Shown: positions 1 through 11,310, counted from the stretch's first letter. The stretch: DNA of 64,000 bases from Nitrosopumilus sp. (GCA_965205425.1 CBDBGZ010000009.1:224001-288000); one strand, 5' to 3'. Notes: a model not told the origin generated them from the sequence alone. Made by a program: numbers and translations.

Positions 1-763
1 AGTAAGGACATGCATTATTTTGTGAGAAGATTTTTTCTAACTTTTCAGTTGCAATCATTACATCACCTTTTGATGCTTTGATTGCAGTTTGTATAGCCTC
101 AAAAAGTCTGGATCTTTCAGATTTCTCAGTTGTAATTCTATCAACTACAATCTCAATATTATGCCATTTTTGCCTATCAAGAGGAGGGATTTCATCTTCC
201 AGGCTTAAAATCTCCCCATTTAGGCGTATTCTAGAGTATCCATCTTTCTTAATTTGTTCAAATAATTTTTCATATGTTCCCTTTTTTCTCTGAACAATTG
301 GAGCTAAAACTAGGGTTTTCTTTCCTGAAAAATATTTGAGTATAGAATCACATATTCGTTCAATAGATTGTGTCGACACTTTACGTCCACAATTTGTACA
401 ATAGGGAATACCAATTCTTGCAAACAACAACCGCATGTAATCATAAATTTCAGTAGTAGTACCAACAGTAGAACGTGGATTTTTACTGGTAGTTTTTTGC
501 TGTATTGAAATTGCAGGAGATAAACCTTCAATAGAATCAACATCAGGCTTGTCCATCATTTCTAAAAATTGACGAGCATATGCAGAAAGTGATTCCACAT
601 ATCGTCTTTGACCTTCAGCATATATTGTATCAAAAGCTAATGTAGATTTTCCAGAACCAGACAAACCACTAATTACAACTAGTTTATTTTTAGGAATATC
701 AATATCTAAATTCTTTAGATTATGATGTCGAGCCCCACGAATTTTTAATTTATTTTCTGTCAT
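1..763 (-). CDS. uvrA: Excinuclease ABC subunit A (N-terminal part, runs off window)
   Basis: Manual translation from ATG at 763: [60 protein letters not shown]; overlaps the uvrB stop. Confidence 0.97.
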   Translation of the reverse strand, partial: MTENKLKIRGARHHNLKNLDIDIPKNKLVVISGLSGSGKSTLAFDTIYAEGQRRYVESLSAYARQFLEMMDKPDVDSIEGLSPAISIQQKTTSKNPRSTVGTTTEIYDYMRLLFARIGIPYCTNCGRKVSTQSIERICDSILKYFSGKKTLVLAPIVQRKKGTYEKLFEQIKKDGYSRIRLNGEILSLEDEIPPLDRQKWHNIEIVVDRITTEKSERSRLFEAIQTAIKASKGDVMIATEKLEKIFSQNNACPY

Positions 764-2711
764 TTTTGTATTCAATCTCCTTTTCTATTCTTTTTATTCT
801 ATCTCTACATTCAATTGCACGTTCAAAATCTAATTCTTCTGAATATTTTTTCATTTGTGCATCTAATTCAATTATTTCAGTTGCAAGATCATGTGTTGAT
901 TTTAATTTTGAATCATCTAAAGCAACTTCTTGTTCGGGAACAGATTTGATTATAGTTTTTGGAATAATGTTATGTTCTTTATTATACTGCATTTGTTTTT
1001 CTCTACGACGTTTAGTTTCATCCATTGCATTTTTCATATATTGAGTCGTATGGTCAGCATACATTATTACCGTTCCATGTTCATTTCTTGCAGCACGACC
1101 ACATGTCTGAATTAAACTTGTAAAATTTCTCAAAAACCCCTCTTTATCAGCATCTAAAATTGCAACCAAAGAAACTTCAGGAATATCCAATCCTTCTCTA
1201 AGAAGATTAATTCCAACAAGAACATCAAATTCGCCCAAGCGTAGTTGTCGAATAATCTCAGTTCGCTGCAATCCTTCAATTTCAGAGTGCATGTATCGTA
1301 CTCTGACTTGTTTTTTTGAAAGATATTCAGCCAAATCTTCAGCCATTCGTTTTGTCAAAGTTGTGACTAAAACTCGTTCAGAATTAGCAGATCTTTTGTT
1401 AATTTCTTTGATTAAATCATCCATCTGGTCTTTTGTGGGTCTAATCTCAACTTTAGGGTCAAGCAAACCAGTTGGCCTTACAAGTTGCTCAGCTATGTGA
1501 GATGAGATTTTTTTCTCATAGTCAGATGGAGTTGCTGAGACAAAAATGGTATTTTGAATGTATTTTTCAAATTCTTCAAATTTTAATGGTCTATTATCAA
1601 AAGCACTTGGCAATCTAAAACCATATGTAATTAATTCATTTTTTCTAGAGTGATCACCTTTGTACATGCCGTGAAGTTGAGGTAACGTGACATGAGATTC
1701 GTCAATTACCAAAAGATAGTCATCTCCAAAGAAATCCATTAAACAAAATGCTTTTTCTCCAGATTTTCGCCCATCAAAATGCCTAGAATAGTTTTCAATT
1801 CCAGAACAATAGCCCAATTCTTCAATCATTTCTAAATCATAGTTTGTTCTCATTTCAAGTCTTTGTTTTTCTAATTCATTTAATTCAGGTAAACGTAATT
1901 CCAATTCATTTCTTATTGATTTGACGGCTTTTTCTCGAACATCTTTTGCAATTAGATAGTGTTTTGCAGGATATATTTTCATTTGAGATATTTTCTTTTT
2001 TTCTTTTAATGAAACATGATCTAAAAGAGTAATTTTTTCAACTTCATCTCCAAACATAGAGATTCTTACTAAATCTTCAGAATATGCAGGAGTAATATCA
2101 ATAGTATCGCCCTTTACTCTAAAATTCCCAGGGGCTACTTCAGTGTCATTTCTTTCATATCTAGCATCAATGAACTGTCGAATAATTTCATTTCTTTTAA
2201 TTTCATCACCAGTGTTAATAGTGATAGCTAAATCTTCCCAATCTTTAGGATTTCCAAGAGAATAGATACAAGATACAGTAGATACAATGATTGTAGGTTC
2301 TCCAGATAAAAGCATCGCAGTTGCTTCTAATCTCAATTTTTCAATTTTTTCATTTACTTGAGTATCTTTTTCTATGTAAGTATCAGTTTGAGGAAGATAG
2401 CTTTCAGGTTGATAATAATCATAATACGATACAAAGTAACCCACATTATTTTTTGGAAAGAATTGTTTTAGCTCAGAATAAAGTTGTGCTGCCAAAGTTT
2501 TATTGTGAGAAATAACTAGCGTATTTTTTCCTGTTCGTTTAATTACATTTGCAACAGAAAATGTCTTACCACTTCCAGTTACTCCCAAAAGAGTTTGAAC
2601 TGAGCCTTTCTTGACACCATTAACCAATGCGTCGATAGCTTGAGGCTGATCTCCTGTAGGAGTATAATCAGATGCTAATTCAAATTTTGAGATTTGTTCC
2701 AACAAATACAA
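750..2711 (-). CDS. uvrB: Excinuclease ABC subunit B
   Basis: GVTGSGKT, YYDYYQPESY hairpin, DESH, GINLLREGLD, C-terminal UVR domain. Confidence 0.98.
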   Translation of the reverse strand: MYLLEQISKFELASDYTPTGDQPQAIDALVNGVKKGSVQTLLGVTGSGKTFSVANVIKRTGKNTLVISHNKTLAAQLYSELKQFFPKNNVGYFVSYYDYYQPESYLPQTDTYIEKDTQVNEKIEKLRLEATAMLLSGEPTIIVSTVSCIYSLGNPKDWEDLAITINTGDEIKRNEIIRQFIDARYERNDTEVAPGNFRVKGDTIDITPAYSEDLVRISMFGDEVEKITLLDHVSLKEKKKISQMKIYPAKHYLIAKDVREKAVKSIRNELELRLPELNELEKQRLEMRTNYDLEMIEELGYCSGIENYSRHFDGRKSGEKAFCLMDFFGDDYLLVIDESHVTLPQLHGMYKGDHSRKNELITYGFRLPSAFDNRPLKFEEFEKYIQNTIFVSATPSDYEKKISSHIAEQLVRPTGLLDPKVEIRPTKDQMDDLIKEINKRSANSERVLVTTLTKRMAEDLAEYLSKKQVRVRYMHSEIEGLQRTEIIRQLRLGEFDVLVGINLLREGLDIPEVSLVAILDADKEGFLRNFTSLIQTCGRAARNEHGTVIMYADHTTQYMKNAMDETKRRREKQMQYNKEHNIIPKTIIKSVPEQEVALDDSKLKSTHDLATEIIELDAQMKKYSEELDFERAIECRDRIKRIEKEIEYKNDRK

Positions 2712-2826
2712 TCCCTAAAAACTGAACTTATAGCTAACGTTTCTTAATTAAAAACAAACAGTCAGCTAATTTTCAAAAATGAAAATTTTGGGACATTTTT
2801 AAATTCAAAAATAATAAAATTCAGCA

Positions 2827-2994
2827 TTGTCATCAAAAAAGAAAAAAAGTGAAGAAAAGCCAGAAGACAATAAAAAAGAAAACAGAGAAGTGAAAGATAC
2901 CGAACAAGAAATTCTGTTTGAACTTAGATTAAAAACAGATGAGTCATTTAAAAAATTAAAAGAAGCAAACAAAAAAGATCATGTTGGATTTTGA
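2827..2994 (+). CDS. Small charged hypothetical protein (55 aa, TTG start)
   Basis: Manual translation LSSKKKKSEEKPEDNKK...KKDHVGF; fills an intergenic gap. Confidence 0.45.
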   Translation: MSSKKKKSEEKPEDNKKENREVKDTEQEILFELRLKTDESFKKLKEANKKDHVGF

Positions 2995-3020
2995 TATTTT
3001 ATTAAATTAATTACAAATAA

Positions 3021-3653
3021 CTACCATACAGGCTCATCTATCATTTTCAAACCATCATGAGTCACCTCAAAACCCATAATTTTCAAGGTTTTCAGAGCCG
3101 TTGGAGAATTTTTCTTGAAGATTTTTTGTGCAAGATTCATCCTATCACCAGGTCTCATATGTTGACCGATTTTGTATTTACCATGAAGTGTTTGTGGAGT
3201 AACTTTGATAACACTAACAGCATCTAAAACTCGCATATCAGATTGAATTGGATCATATTGTCCTTCAGGTTGGTATTTTTTCATCAAGCCATTTAGCGCA
3301 AGTGTTTTTTCTTCTCTATCAGAAACAAAGGAGGCAATTCCTTTGATTACAACACTGATGTACAACGTATCAGCAAGGGATGCATTATGAGGATCTTCAA
3401 AGTAAGATGGCAAAAATTCTAGTTCTCTGTCTGCTTCAAATCCAATCTTGTTGTTTCTAGAAATATTGTCTAATTTCTCACCCTTTACATGGGAATGCAT
3501 GTATACTGCATCATTAAGAAATACAAAATTCATTGGAATGATTTGGGGAAAACCATTCTCATCAATACTAGATATTCGTCCAACATGTTCTTCATTTAGA
3601 AATTCTTTTACTTTATCATAAGATCTAATCTGAAGAATACCAGTTAACTGCAT
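3021..3653 (-). CDS. Pyridoxamine 5'-phosphate oxidase family (NimA-like) flavin-binding protein
   Basis: GRISSID..GFPQIIPMNFV, H..GEKLDNI, YISVVIKG motifs; start taken at MQLTG. Confidence 0.85.
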   Translation of the reverse strand: MQLTGILQIRSYDKVKEFLNEEHVGRISSIDENGFPQIIPMNFVFLNDAVYMHSHVKGEKLDNISRNNKIGFEADRELEFLPSYFEDPHNASLADTLYISVVIKGIASFVSDREEKTLALNGLMKKYQPEGQYDPIQSDMRVLDAVSVIKVTPQTLHGKYKIGQHMRPGDRMNLAQKIFKKNSPTALKTLKIMGFEVTHDGLKMIDEPVW

Positions 3654-3696
3654 GCAATATTTCAAAAAAATAATATTATAAATCCTAAGTATAGAA

Positions 3697-3954
3697 ATGC
3701 CTAAAATACAAGACAAATCAAAAATCATTATGGATGATCCATATCTTAATGATCTAAGGGATGATTTTCAAGGATATTCAAATCAATTAAAAAAACTAAA
3801 AAAGAAATTACTCAAAACAAAATCTCCTGAATCTCAAGCAAAGATAATCAAACAGATTGATTCCATAGCAAACAAAATGGAGAATAATCAAAAACAGTCA
3901 GTAAAAGTAACAAAATCTAGGATCAAGGAACTAAAGTCAAAATCAAGAAAATAG
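3697..3954 (+). CDS. Basic coiled-coil hypothetical protein
   Basis: ORF track; start may be the ATG at 3729. Confidence 0.6.
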   Translation: MPKIQDKSKIIMDDPYLNDLRDDFQGYSNQLKKLKKKLLKTKSPESQAKIIKQIDSIANKMENNQKQSVKVTKSRIKELKSKSRK

Positions 3955-4131
3955 AATCAATCTTCTTCATCTAATTCTTTGGCCATTGCCTTAATTTCTA
4001 AAATCTTACATTCTAATTCATTACATTCGGTTTTGAATTCTGTGCTCATATGTCATAATTACAAAAATAATCAAAAGCAAATAACATTCTAAAACTTGAC
4101 TTTTTTCATCCAATTTCTTCATTAATGTAAA

Positions 4132-4581
4132 TTGCTAAATTTAGGATCAAATCAACTAAATGAAATGACTGAGATTGATGAAGAACGAGAAGAAGCTACC
4201 AAAATAACACTTGATCTTCTTGAAGAATGGGGGTCACAATCAAGATTCATCTGGTTCAGAGAACTACATAGAATTACAGACATTGACAAAGGATTACTCA
4301 GAAATGTTCTCAATGAATTAAAAAAATCAAAAGAAGTTAAAGAAATGCATGGGACAAATAACAGGATATTCTTTTGTCTCAAAAGATACTATATCAAATG
4401 CCGAGATGTTGAATTTCGATTTAAAGGTAAAGAGATAATGTTACGGGATGGGAGTAAAACAAAAATTATTCAGGGTGAAACAAAAGCAACTGAGCGTACA
4501 AGGAAAAGACTAGAGAAGCAGAAAAAGAAACGTAAAGCAAAATCACTTACAAAAACTAAAACAAAAACCAGTAGACATTAA
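4132..4581 (+). CDS. Hypothetical protein, possible winged-helix DNA-binding domain
   Basis: FRELHRITDIDKGLLRNVLNELKK HTH-like segment, basic tail. Confidence 0.6.
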   Translation: MLNLGSNQLNEMTEIDEEREEATKITLDLLEEWGSQSRFIWFRELHRITDIDKGLLRNVLNELKKSKEVKEMHGTNNRIFFCLKRYYIKCRDVEFRFKGKEIMLRDGSKTKIIQGETKATERTRKRLEKQKKKRKAKSLTKTKTKTSRH

Positions 4582-4582
4582 A

Positions 4583-4816
4583 TCATAAAGAGTCTTCGGC
4601 TTGGCGTCTTGCAAAATTTGATTCTGCACGTTTTAGTTTTGAAGACTCTGCAACATCTTCAGTCATATCATACAAATTGTGCAACTCCATATCAGGAGTC
4701 AATTCATCTTCCTTTTCATCATCTAAATCATATTCAAGATTTGCCAAAATTTCCACATTTTCCTCTAAAATGTCAAGGCATTTTTTTACTGATTCAGGAA
4801 GGTCTTCATCCATCAT
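4583..4816 (-). CDS. Acidic hypothetical protein
   Basis: ORF track, convergent with previous gene. Confidence 0.6.
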   Translation of the reverse strand: MMDEDLPESVKKCLDILEENVEILANLEYDLDDEKEDELTPDMELHNLYDMTEDVAESSKLKRAESNFARRQAEDSL

Positions 4817-4872
4817 AGTATCTAGTATACAGTAAACTAAATGATTTGCTGTATGTTATAGTAAAGAACGTC

Positions 4873-5985
4873 TTATTGTTTGGCTTTTGCTTTTTCACGT
4901 AATGCAGGCATTACATGACTTGCAAATTTATCAATAGAACCAAAGTAGTTCTTACCCCAGAATCTAATTACAAAGTGATTAACACCAGCATCCATGAATC
5001 TCTCAAATACAGGAATCATGTCTTCAGGAGTACCAACTGCAGTTGATGAACGAGCAACATCATTAGGAATTTTAGTTGCAGCCTCTCTCATCTTTACAAT
5101 CCAACTTTGATCAGACATTGAATATTCTGTAAAGTATTTTACGAAATCAAATCCTTCAATTTCTTTTAATCCGTGAACTCTCAAAATTTCAGGCTTGAAT
5201 AAACTAACTTTTACCGCCTCTTTCATCTTAGCCCAAGATGCTTCTGCATCTTCTGAAAAGTAGACATCAATATCCAAAGCCATTTGGAAGTTATCTTTTT
5301 CTTCTTGTGTTCTGTTATTTGCATCCATTGAAACCTCGATTTGTTTTCTATGATCTTCAAATAATTCAGGAGTATAACCGATTGGTAGCCATCCATCGCC
5401 TAGTTTTCCAGTTAATGCAAGTGTACGTTTACCACCTGATGCCATATAGGTAGGTGGACGTGGTTTTCTAATTGGCGGAGCTTGCAAGCATGCGCCTTCA
5501 AGTTGATAGTATTTTCCCTTATAATCGACAGTATTATCAGGAGTTGATGTGTATAATTTATGAATAGTTTCAATTTGTTCTTCCCATTTTGAAACTGGTT
5601 TTTCAAATGGAATGCAGAATTCTTTCAAGTTCTGTGCTTCACCAGCTCCAATTCCTAAAATTGCTCTACCTTTAGAAACTCTATCAAGAGTAATTGCAGC
5701 TAGTGCAATATTTGATGGATGTCTTCGGATTGCATCAGTAACACAAGTTCCTAGTTCAACATTATTTGTTACAGCTGCAATTGCAGATAACATAACCCAA
5801 GGGTCAAGAACAGTAGCATTTTTCCATTGCGGTACATTTGTGTGGTCCATATAGAAAATAGAATCATAACCAGTTTTGTCAGCAAGTATACATGCTGTCA
5901 ATATTTGGTCTTCAGTATAACCAGCTCTTGCTACATTTAGTCCATTTTGAATACCAAATTTGAGTTGTTTTGAAGCCAAGTACAT
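4873..5985 (-). CDS. LLM-class (luciferase-like) flavin/F420-dependent oxidoreductase
   Basis: GYDSIFYMDH, DPWVMLSAIAAVT, LDRVSKGRAILGIGAG, GDGWLP. Confidence 0.93.
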   Translation of the reverse strand: MYLASKQLKFGIQNGLNVARAGYTEDQILTACILADKTGYDSIFYMDHTNVPQWKNATVLDPWVMLSAIAAVTNNVELGTCVTDAIRRHPSNIALAAITLDRVSKGRAILGIGAGEAQNLKEFCIPFEKPVSKWEEQIETIHKLYTSTPDNTVDYKGKYYQLEGACLQAPPIRKPRPPTYMASGGKRTLALTGKLGDGWLPIGYTPELFEDHRKQIEVSMDANNRTQEEKDNFQMALDIDVYFSEDAEASWAKMKEAVKVSLFKPEILRVHGLKEIEGFDFVKYFTEYSMSDQSWIVKMREAATKIPNDVARSSTAVGTPEDMIPVFERFMDAGVNHFVIRFWGKNYFGSIDKFASHVMPALREKAKAKQ

Positions 5986-6078
5986 TTACGTTAGATTGTT
6001 AGAATAAAAAGTTTCATCAAGCTGCCAATTTCGTACTTTATCAAGAAAATAGAAAAAAAGTAAAAAATGTTGAATTTT

Positions 6079-7023
6079 TTACAAATTGCCTGCATTGATA
6101 TCTTCAAGACACTTTACGACATCATCTTTTGATATTGGAATTGGATTTGGATCCAAATGTCCTTTATCTGTCATTACAGTATCTGCAGCTTCTGAAATAT
6201 CAGCTTTGAGTTCTAGTTTATCAAAGCCAAGTTTTTCCATAGCCTCTTTGAATCTATCATAGAAGATTGATTTGTTATGCTTGTGTGCAACGGTAGTACA
6301 AGAGGACAATGAATATCCATGTGGTACACCCTCATTTGAGAACACATAGGACAATGCATGTCCTAAAGTGGTAGAACAATTACCAAAGCCCATTCCAGAT
6401 AACATTGATCCGTAAGGATAGTTTTCTGGTTTGTCATTCATAATTGCATCATACAGAATATCAAATGCTTGTTTGCATAGAGTTCTTGTCAAGTCATTAC
6501 CGAGTTTGCTATCATAGCCTTCGGTAGCTTGAGCACATGCATCACAGACAGAATTTTTCAAGACTTGTTCTGGAGTACCATCCATAAAGTATGAATCCAC
6601 TACAGCCATGTCAGCTAAAAATTTGTCTTCACGTAACAATTTCTTTTTACCATCAAATTTCAGAACACAATAAGTTGTCATTTCAGCTCCAGTTCCAAAT
6701 GTTGTTGGAATTAAGATTTTTTCTTTTTTCATCTCAGGTGCAACATATTTTACTACATCCATTGAACTTCCACCACCAAGTCCAATTAGACATGATGGGT
6801 TTTTGTCTCTGAATTGCGAAATAACAGTATTGACATCGTCAATTGATGGTTCAGGTTTTACTTGGTCATACAACATGTAATCCTGGATACCCATTCTTGC
6901 TAACCATTTGTCAGATAGTGCTGGCGGAACGGTTGTGACAACTAGGGCATTTTTTGGATACTCTGTTTCACCAAGTGCATTTTCTCCAAAGTTGATAACT
7001 TTTGGAATGCGTACTGTTTGCAT
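6079..7023 (-). CDS. Iron-containing alcohol dehydrogenase, probably thaumarchaeal malonic semialdehyde reductase (3HP/4HB cycle)
   Basis: GLGGGSSMD, IPTTFGTGAE, GHALSY..PHG metal-binding motifs; specific function from recalled similarity to the N. maritimus enzyme, unverified. Confidence 0.85.
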   Translation of the reverse strand: MQTVRIPKVINFGENALGETEYPKNALVVTTVPPALSDKWLARMGIQDYMLYDQVKPEPSIDDVNTVISQFRDKNPSCLIGLGGGSSMDVVKYVAPEMKKEKILIPTTFGTGAEMTTYCVLKFDGKKKLLREDKFLADMAVVDSYFMDGTPEQVLKNSVCDACAQATEGYDSKLGNDLTRTLCKQAFDILYDAIMNDKPENYPYGSMLSGMGFGNCSTTLGHALSYVFSNEGVPHGYSLSSCTTVAHKHNKSIFYDRFKEAMEKLGFDKLELKADISEAADTVMTDKGHLDPNPIPISKDDVVKCLEDINAGNL

Positions 7024-7060
7024 AAATCAGAAGCATCATTGATTATTATTATATCTTGCA

Positions 7061-8350
7061 TTGTTGAGTGACAGTATGATTATTAGGAATTTTGAGGATT
7101 TAGCAACCACAGATAAGAAAAAAGATTGTTTAGAAATTCTAGAATCAGGATTACAAGCAGCAAATCCAGAAAACATTATTCAAAAATTTGTCAGACCAAA
7201 TGAAATCAAAATAAATGGAAAAACATTCAATCTTGAGAAATATTCCAATATCTATTCAGTTGCTTTTGGAAAAGCAGGAGATTCTATGACTAGAGCACTA
7301 AATGCAGTAATTCCAATTAAAAGCGGAATCATAGTTATCCCAAAAGGCTCAAAATCCCTTATCAAAGGTAAAAAATTTCAAATTTTTAATTCAAGACATC
7401 CCAAACCAGACCAAACAAGCGTAAAAGCCGCAAAAGAAGTCATGAAATTTGTTCAAAACAAGCGAGGGGATGAATTGATAATTTTTCTAGTGTCTGGAGG
7501 AGGTTCGGCATTACTTGCAATGCCAGATGATATTACTTTAGAAGATAAAGTTCATGTAACAAATGTATTGCTCAAGTCAGGAGCCACAATTCAAGAGTTT
7601 AACTGCATACGAAAACATCTCTCAAAAATCAAAGGAGGGAAATTGGTAGAAAATATGAAGTGTGAGGGAATAAGCTTAGTAATGTCAGATGTAGAAGGAG
7701 ATGATCTTTCATCTATTGCTTCAGGAACTACATACATGGATGATACTACATATGCAGATGCATTAGATATTATCGACAAATACAAAATCCGTTGGAAAAT
7801 GCCACAAGAAGTTTTAGATCTTTTAGAGAAAGGAAAAAATAAAAAAATAGAAACTAGAAAAAAATCTAAAATCGAAAATTTTGTTGTTGCGAATAATGAT
7901 GATTGTTTGCAAGCAATGAAAGAAAAAGCTGAAAAAATAGGCTATACAGTATGTATGATACAACTTTTTGGAGATATCAAAGAAGCAGTAACAAAAATTC
8001 TTGAGAGAATTTCAGAAGATGAAAAAACGTGTATAATTTTTGGAGGAGAAACTACAGTTAAAGTTCTAGGAAAAGGAATGGGAGGAAGAAACCAAGAATT
8101 AGTTTTAAGATTATTAAAAAATACACAGAAATTAAAAAAGATGGCTATTGCATCAATTGGTACAGACGGAATTGATGGAAATTCTCTCTTTGCTGGAGCA
8201 ATTACAGAAAATATCAAAATAGATTTGGATACAATGAAGGAATTTCTAAAAAATAGTGATTCAGGGCGATTCTTCCAAAAGCAAAAAGGAAATGTCATTA
8301 CAAATGCCACGCATACAAATTTGATGGACATAGGCGTGATTTTACGATAA
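7061..8350 (+). CDS. Glycerate kinase type 2 (MOFRL family)
   Basis: LVSGGGSAL, RKHLSKIKGG, GGETTV, GGRNQE, GTDGIDGNS, TNLMD. Confidence 0.93.
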   Translation: MLSDSMIIRNFEDLATTDKKKDCLEILESGLQAANPENIIQKFVRPNEIKINGKTFNLEKYSNIYSVAFGKAGDSMTRALNAVIPIKSGIIVIPKGSKSLIKGKKFQIFNSRHPKPDQTSVKAAKEVMKFVQNKRGDELIIFLVSGGGSALLAMPDDITLEDKVHVTNVLLKSGATIQEFNCIRKHLSKIKGGKLVENMKCEGISLVMSDVEGDDLSSIASGTTYMDDTTYADALDIIDKYKIRWKMPQEVLDLLEKGKNKKIETRKKSKIENFVVANNDDCLQAMKEKAEKIGYTVCMIQLFGDIKEAVTKILERISEDEKTCIIFGGETTVKVLGKGMGGRNQELVLRLLKNTQKLKKMAIASIGTDGIDGNSLFAGAITENIKIDLDTMKEFLKNSDSGRFFQKQKGNVITNATHTNLMDIGVILR

Positions 8351-8449
8351 CTTTTGAAAAATAGCCTAAAAAATATTAAATTTTAAAATCCAAATTAAAC
8401 AAATGTCTATTTGAAAAGTAGAGTCCTTCAAATATCACAATTGTCTAAT

Positions 8450-8635
8450 TGAGACATGGGCATAATTATTTACAAAAATAATTTCCAATATCGCTCTAGC
8501 AACACAGCATTCTCTTCACAATTCTTGGATTCTCTGTTTTTGTTATGCAATTGTAATATACTGCAAGTTGATACACCAACACGCAAACCAATACAAATGA
8601 TTTCACGTTGTCAAATCCTTTCACATGTACAGTTC
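8450..8635 (-). mobile_element. Right-end fragment of IS type A (TIR TGAGACWTGGGCATAA)
   Basis: TIR at 8450 plus transposase tail ...RIVKRMLCC; cut by the IS5-like element at 8636. Confidence 0.9.
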
Positions 8636-9606
8636 GGCCTTGTAGAAACCATGATAAAATAACAAAATCTAATTTTCTAATCCTGTAAGCATTGTATGCA
8701 ATTAACCTGTACAACATCTCATTGTCCTGAGTTGTAACATTTCTTGATGTGACATCTCCTGACATTATCTGTTTGATCACAAAAAAGATTGTTTCAGATT
8801 TGTTTCTCTGATGGTACAATTGTACAGGAAAGTTCCTCTTCATCTCCTTTCTGTGAATTCCGCTGGTTCTGTAAATTGGAACTGTTCTATATCGAGTTGG
8901 AATTATTGCAGCTGTGTTGATCTGTTCTGCACCAACATGGTTATTCTCATCATCAAAACCCATGTCACCTAACACAATATCAACTGGAACAATATTGTTG
9001 GTTTTGTACAACAATGGCAGAAAATCAGGATTATCATGTTGCATGTTGTGGTGTGTCATGACACAGCAAACAAGCTGTGTATTCATGTCAGCACAAACAA
9101 CAACTTTTAGGAAATTCCTGCGTAACTGTACTCTTTTTGTATAATAGTATGATGCTGTACTGTAACTGAATCCGCTACCATCAATTCCAGCTAGAACCAG
9201 TCTGACTTTTTTGTACAAAATGAATTCCTGCAACATTTTATGTAACAGATTTCCTTCCAGTCTTGCAGCTGCCTTTTGTAGTGTGGTGTAATGTGGAATG
9301 GTAGACAAACCAAGATATTCCTGAATTCCTACACATTCTTCTAAAAATTCTGTAAATCTTCTATAACTCTTTGATTCGTACTGTCGTATTGCCAAGAGTA
9401 TGAGATGTGTCCAAACAGAATAGATATGATTTGATTTTGGATGTAAGAACCTAGGAATTCTGCATCTGGTGATTATATTGAGTAGTGTTTTGCACATTTT
9501 GACGTATGATGAGACCATACTGTAATCTGCAAATACAATCCTAATGGATCTAAATTAGCTAAAATGTATCACAATTGGGTTAAAATCAGATGGTTTCTAC
9601 AAGGCC
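8636..9606 (-). mobile_element. IS5-family element type B, copy 1 (971 bp); transposase starts at 9518
   Basis: Perfect 17-bp TIR GGCCTTGTAGAAACCAT; GIDGSGF / GDMGFDD / YHQRNKSET DDE motifs; no target duplication. Confidence 0.93.
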
Positions 9607-9892
9607 CACGTAAAGCACTCTCGTACAAGAGTGAGACATCCACAAACAAATGGTAAGCTAGAAAAGTTCTGGGATATCTTTGAGTGTAAAATAGAATACT
9701 TTGAGTCAGTGGAGCAGTTTATGCATTGGTACAATCACATTAGAGTTCATGGCGCACTAGACTTGGATAATATGGAGACACCATCTGATGCGTATCACTC
9801 CAAGATGATAACAAACGAAATACTCATAGACCCAAGTATTCTATGGAGGAATTACTCATGAAAGTGACACGAAATAATTTTTGGAAAGAACA
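9607..9892 (+). mobile_element. IS481-family 3' fragment
   Basis: Near-identical to the 3' end of the full copy at 48656-49697 (HPQTNGKLE), including the terminal IR. Confidence 0.92.
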
Positions 9893-10295
9893 GATTAAAT
9901 TCACATCTGTTCTTTTTTTATTTGGTTCTGCTGTTATCCTATTATCTATTGGTTTTATTGTATTGTATGAAATACCAACAGCACCTGATAATTTAATTGA
10001 AAAGCAATATGATAGTTTTGAAAAATTATTTATAAATCACTATTTGTTCAAAGACAAAGAAGGTATTGATGAAACTATTTCATATCGTGTGACTCATATT
10101 GAAGAGAGTTTATCACCATGGTATAATGGTGATGGTAGTTTTAAATCTAAATATGATTCTTACACATTTTATTTCAGAATACATGATAATAGATTAGTAT
10201 TATTTAGTATAGATGGTTATGATGATAATTGTATTCCTAGAGCCAGTCCTTATCATTCTGTATGTGCAAATCCATGGCCATTGGATGATTGGTAA
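9858..10295 (+). CDS. Membrane-anchored hypothetical protein; 5' end supplied by the IS481 terminus
   Basis: TM segment FTSVLFLFGSAVILLSIGFIVLY; first codons lie inside the IS end. Confidence 0.55.
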   Translation: MKVTRNNFWKEQIKFTSVLFLFGSAVILLSIGFIVLYEIPTAPDNLIEKQYDSFEKLFINHYLFKDKEGIDETISYRVTHIEESLSPWYNGDGSFKSKYDSYTFYFRIHDNRLVLFSIDGYDDNCIPRASPYHSVCANPWPLDDW

Positions 10296-10315
10296 TAGAT
10301 AGAAAAGTGATCATA

Positions 10316-10355
10316 TAGCGAAAAGATAAAGTTCGTGAACTAAATAATTCCAAAA
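10316..10355 (+). mobile_element. Solo end of the MITE seen at 59053
   Basis: TAGCGAAAAGATAAAGTTCGTGAACTAAATAATT preceded by TA; no partner end seen. Confidence 0.75.
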
Positions 10356-10748
10356 CAAAAAACTTTTTGATCAGTCTACACTGTTCAATCTTAGTGTCAT
10401 TTTGTAATTTCATAAGAATTGTTACTTTTTCCAATTGTAAGTAAAATCAAAATACCTGTGATTATTGTTGCATCAATTTGCAGAATTGCTTCAATAGATA
10501 ATTCAACCATAATTAATTCAAAATATTCCATACAATAACTAACATAACCTAATTCATTGTTATCATAGGAGTATAAAACAACAAAATCCAATTAACCAGT
10601 CATAGTTCTCGGAATCCAGAAAAATAATTCTAAATAACAAATTTTTGATTTGGATAAATTACTTCAGTAGACAACAGTTCACTTAAAAAAATACCTTTAA
10701 TGAGATTTTTAATGCATTTGTAGATGATAATTTATTGAATTATTTGAT

Positions 10749-11310
10749 TTATTGTGAAAATTTAACCGTACAATCATCTGCATAGATTAGTGTTTTTCTT
10801 GTTCTTCCACTAACATCTATGATTTTTCCATTTTTTTCCATATCTTTTAAAATTTCTTTGAGAAATCTAAAAGGTGTATCTGCAAGGACAAAATCCCTAA
10901 TTACTTCCAATGGAACTGTTTTGCCTTTAAAATTATTAAAAATAATTCTACTGGCATCATCAACCCATTGTGATTGGTCACTATAATCTACAAAATAGGT
11001 TTGATGAGTATCTGTTTTATCTGAAAATGTATACGTTCCATTCCCTACTACTTTCAACATTGCTTTTTTCATGGCATCCATGCCTTTGTGGTGTTTTGTG
11101 GCAAAGACCAAATCATAGATTGTTCTTCTACTTGAATCCATCATGGTAAATGGTCTTACAAAATGAACACCGTTTGAATGTAATTGTTCCACATACAGAT
11201 CAAGCAAAAAATTCAATCGTTCATCTGTTGATTTGATGTCTCTAGCTCCTCTCCATGTATCCGTTCCATATAACCCGTCAATTGCTGATTCATGTGTTTA
11301 AACATTTAAA
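10749..11310 (-). pseudogene. C-terminal part of a three-Cys-motif partner protein (TcmP / GMT-wHTH-like)
   Basis: IDGLYGTDTW...IYDLVFATKHHKGMDAMKKAMLKV; frame open upstream of 11216 but N-terminal domain absent; adjacent to DUF5131. Confidence 0.75.

Noticed and set aside
78..2515. Short antisense ORFs over uvrA/uvrB and similar shadows throughout the window
   Set aside because: They overlap well-supported genes and show no recognisable motifs
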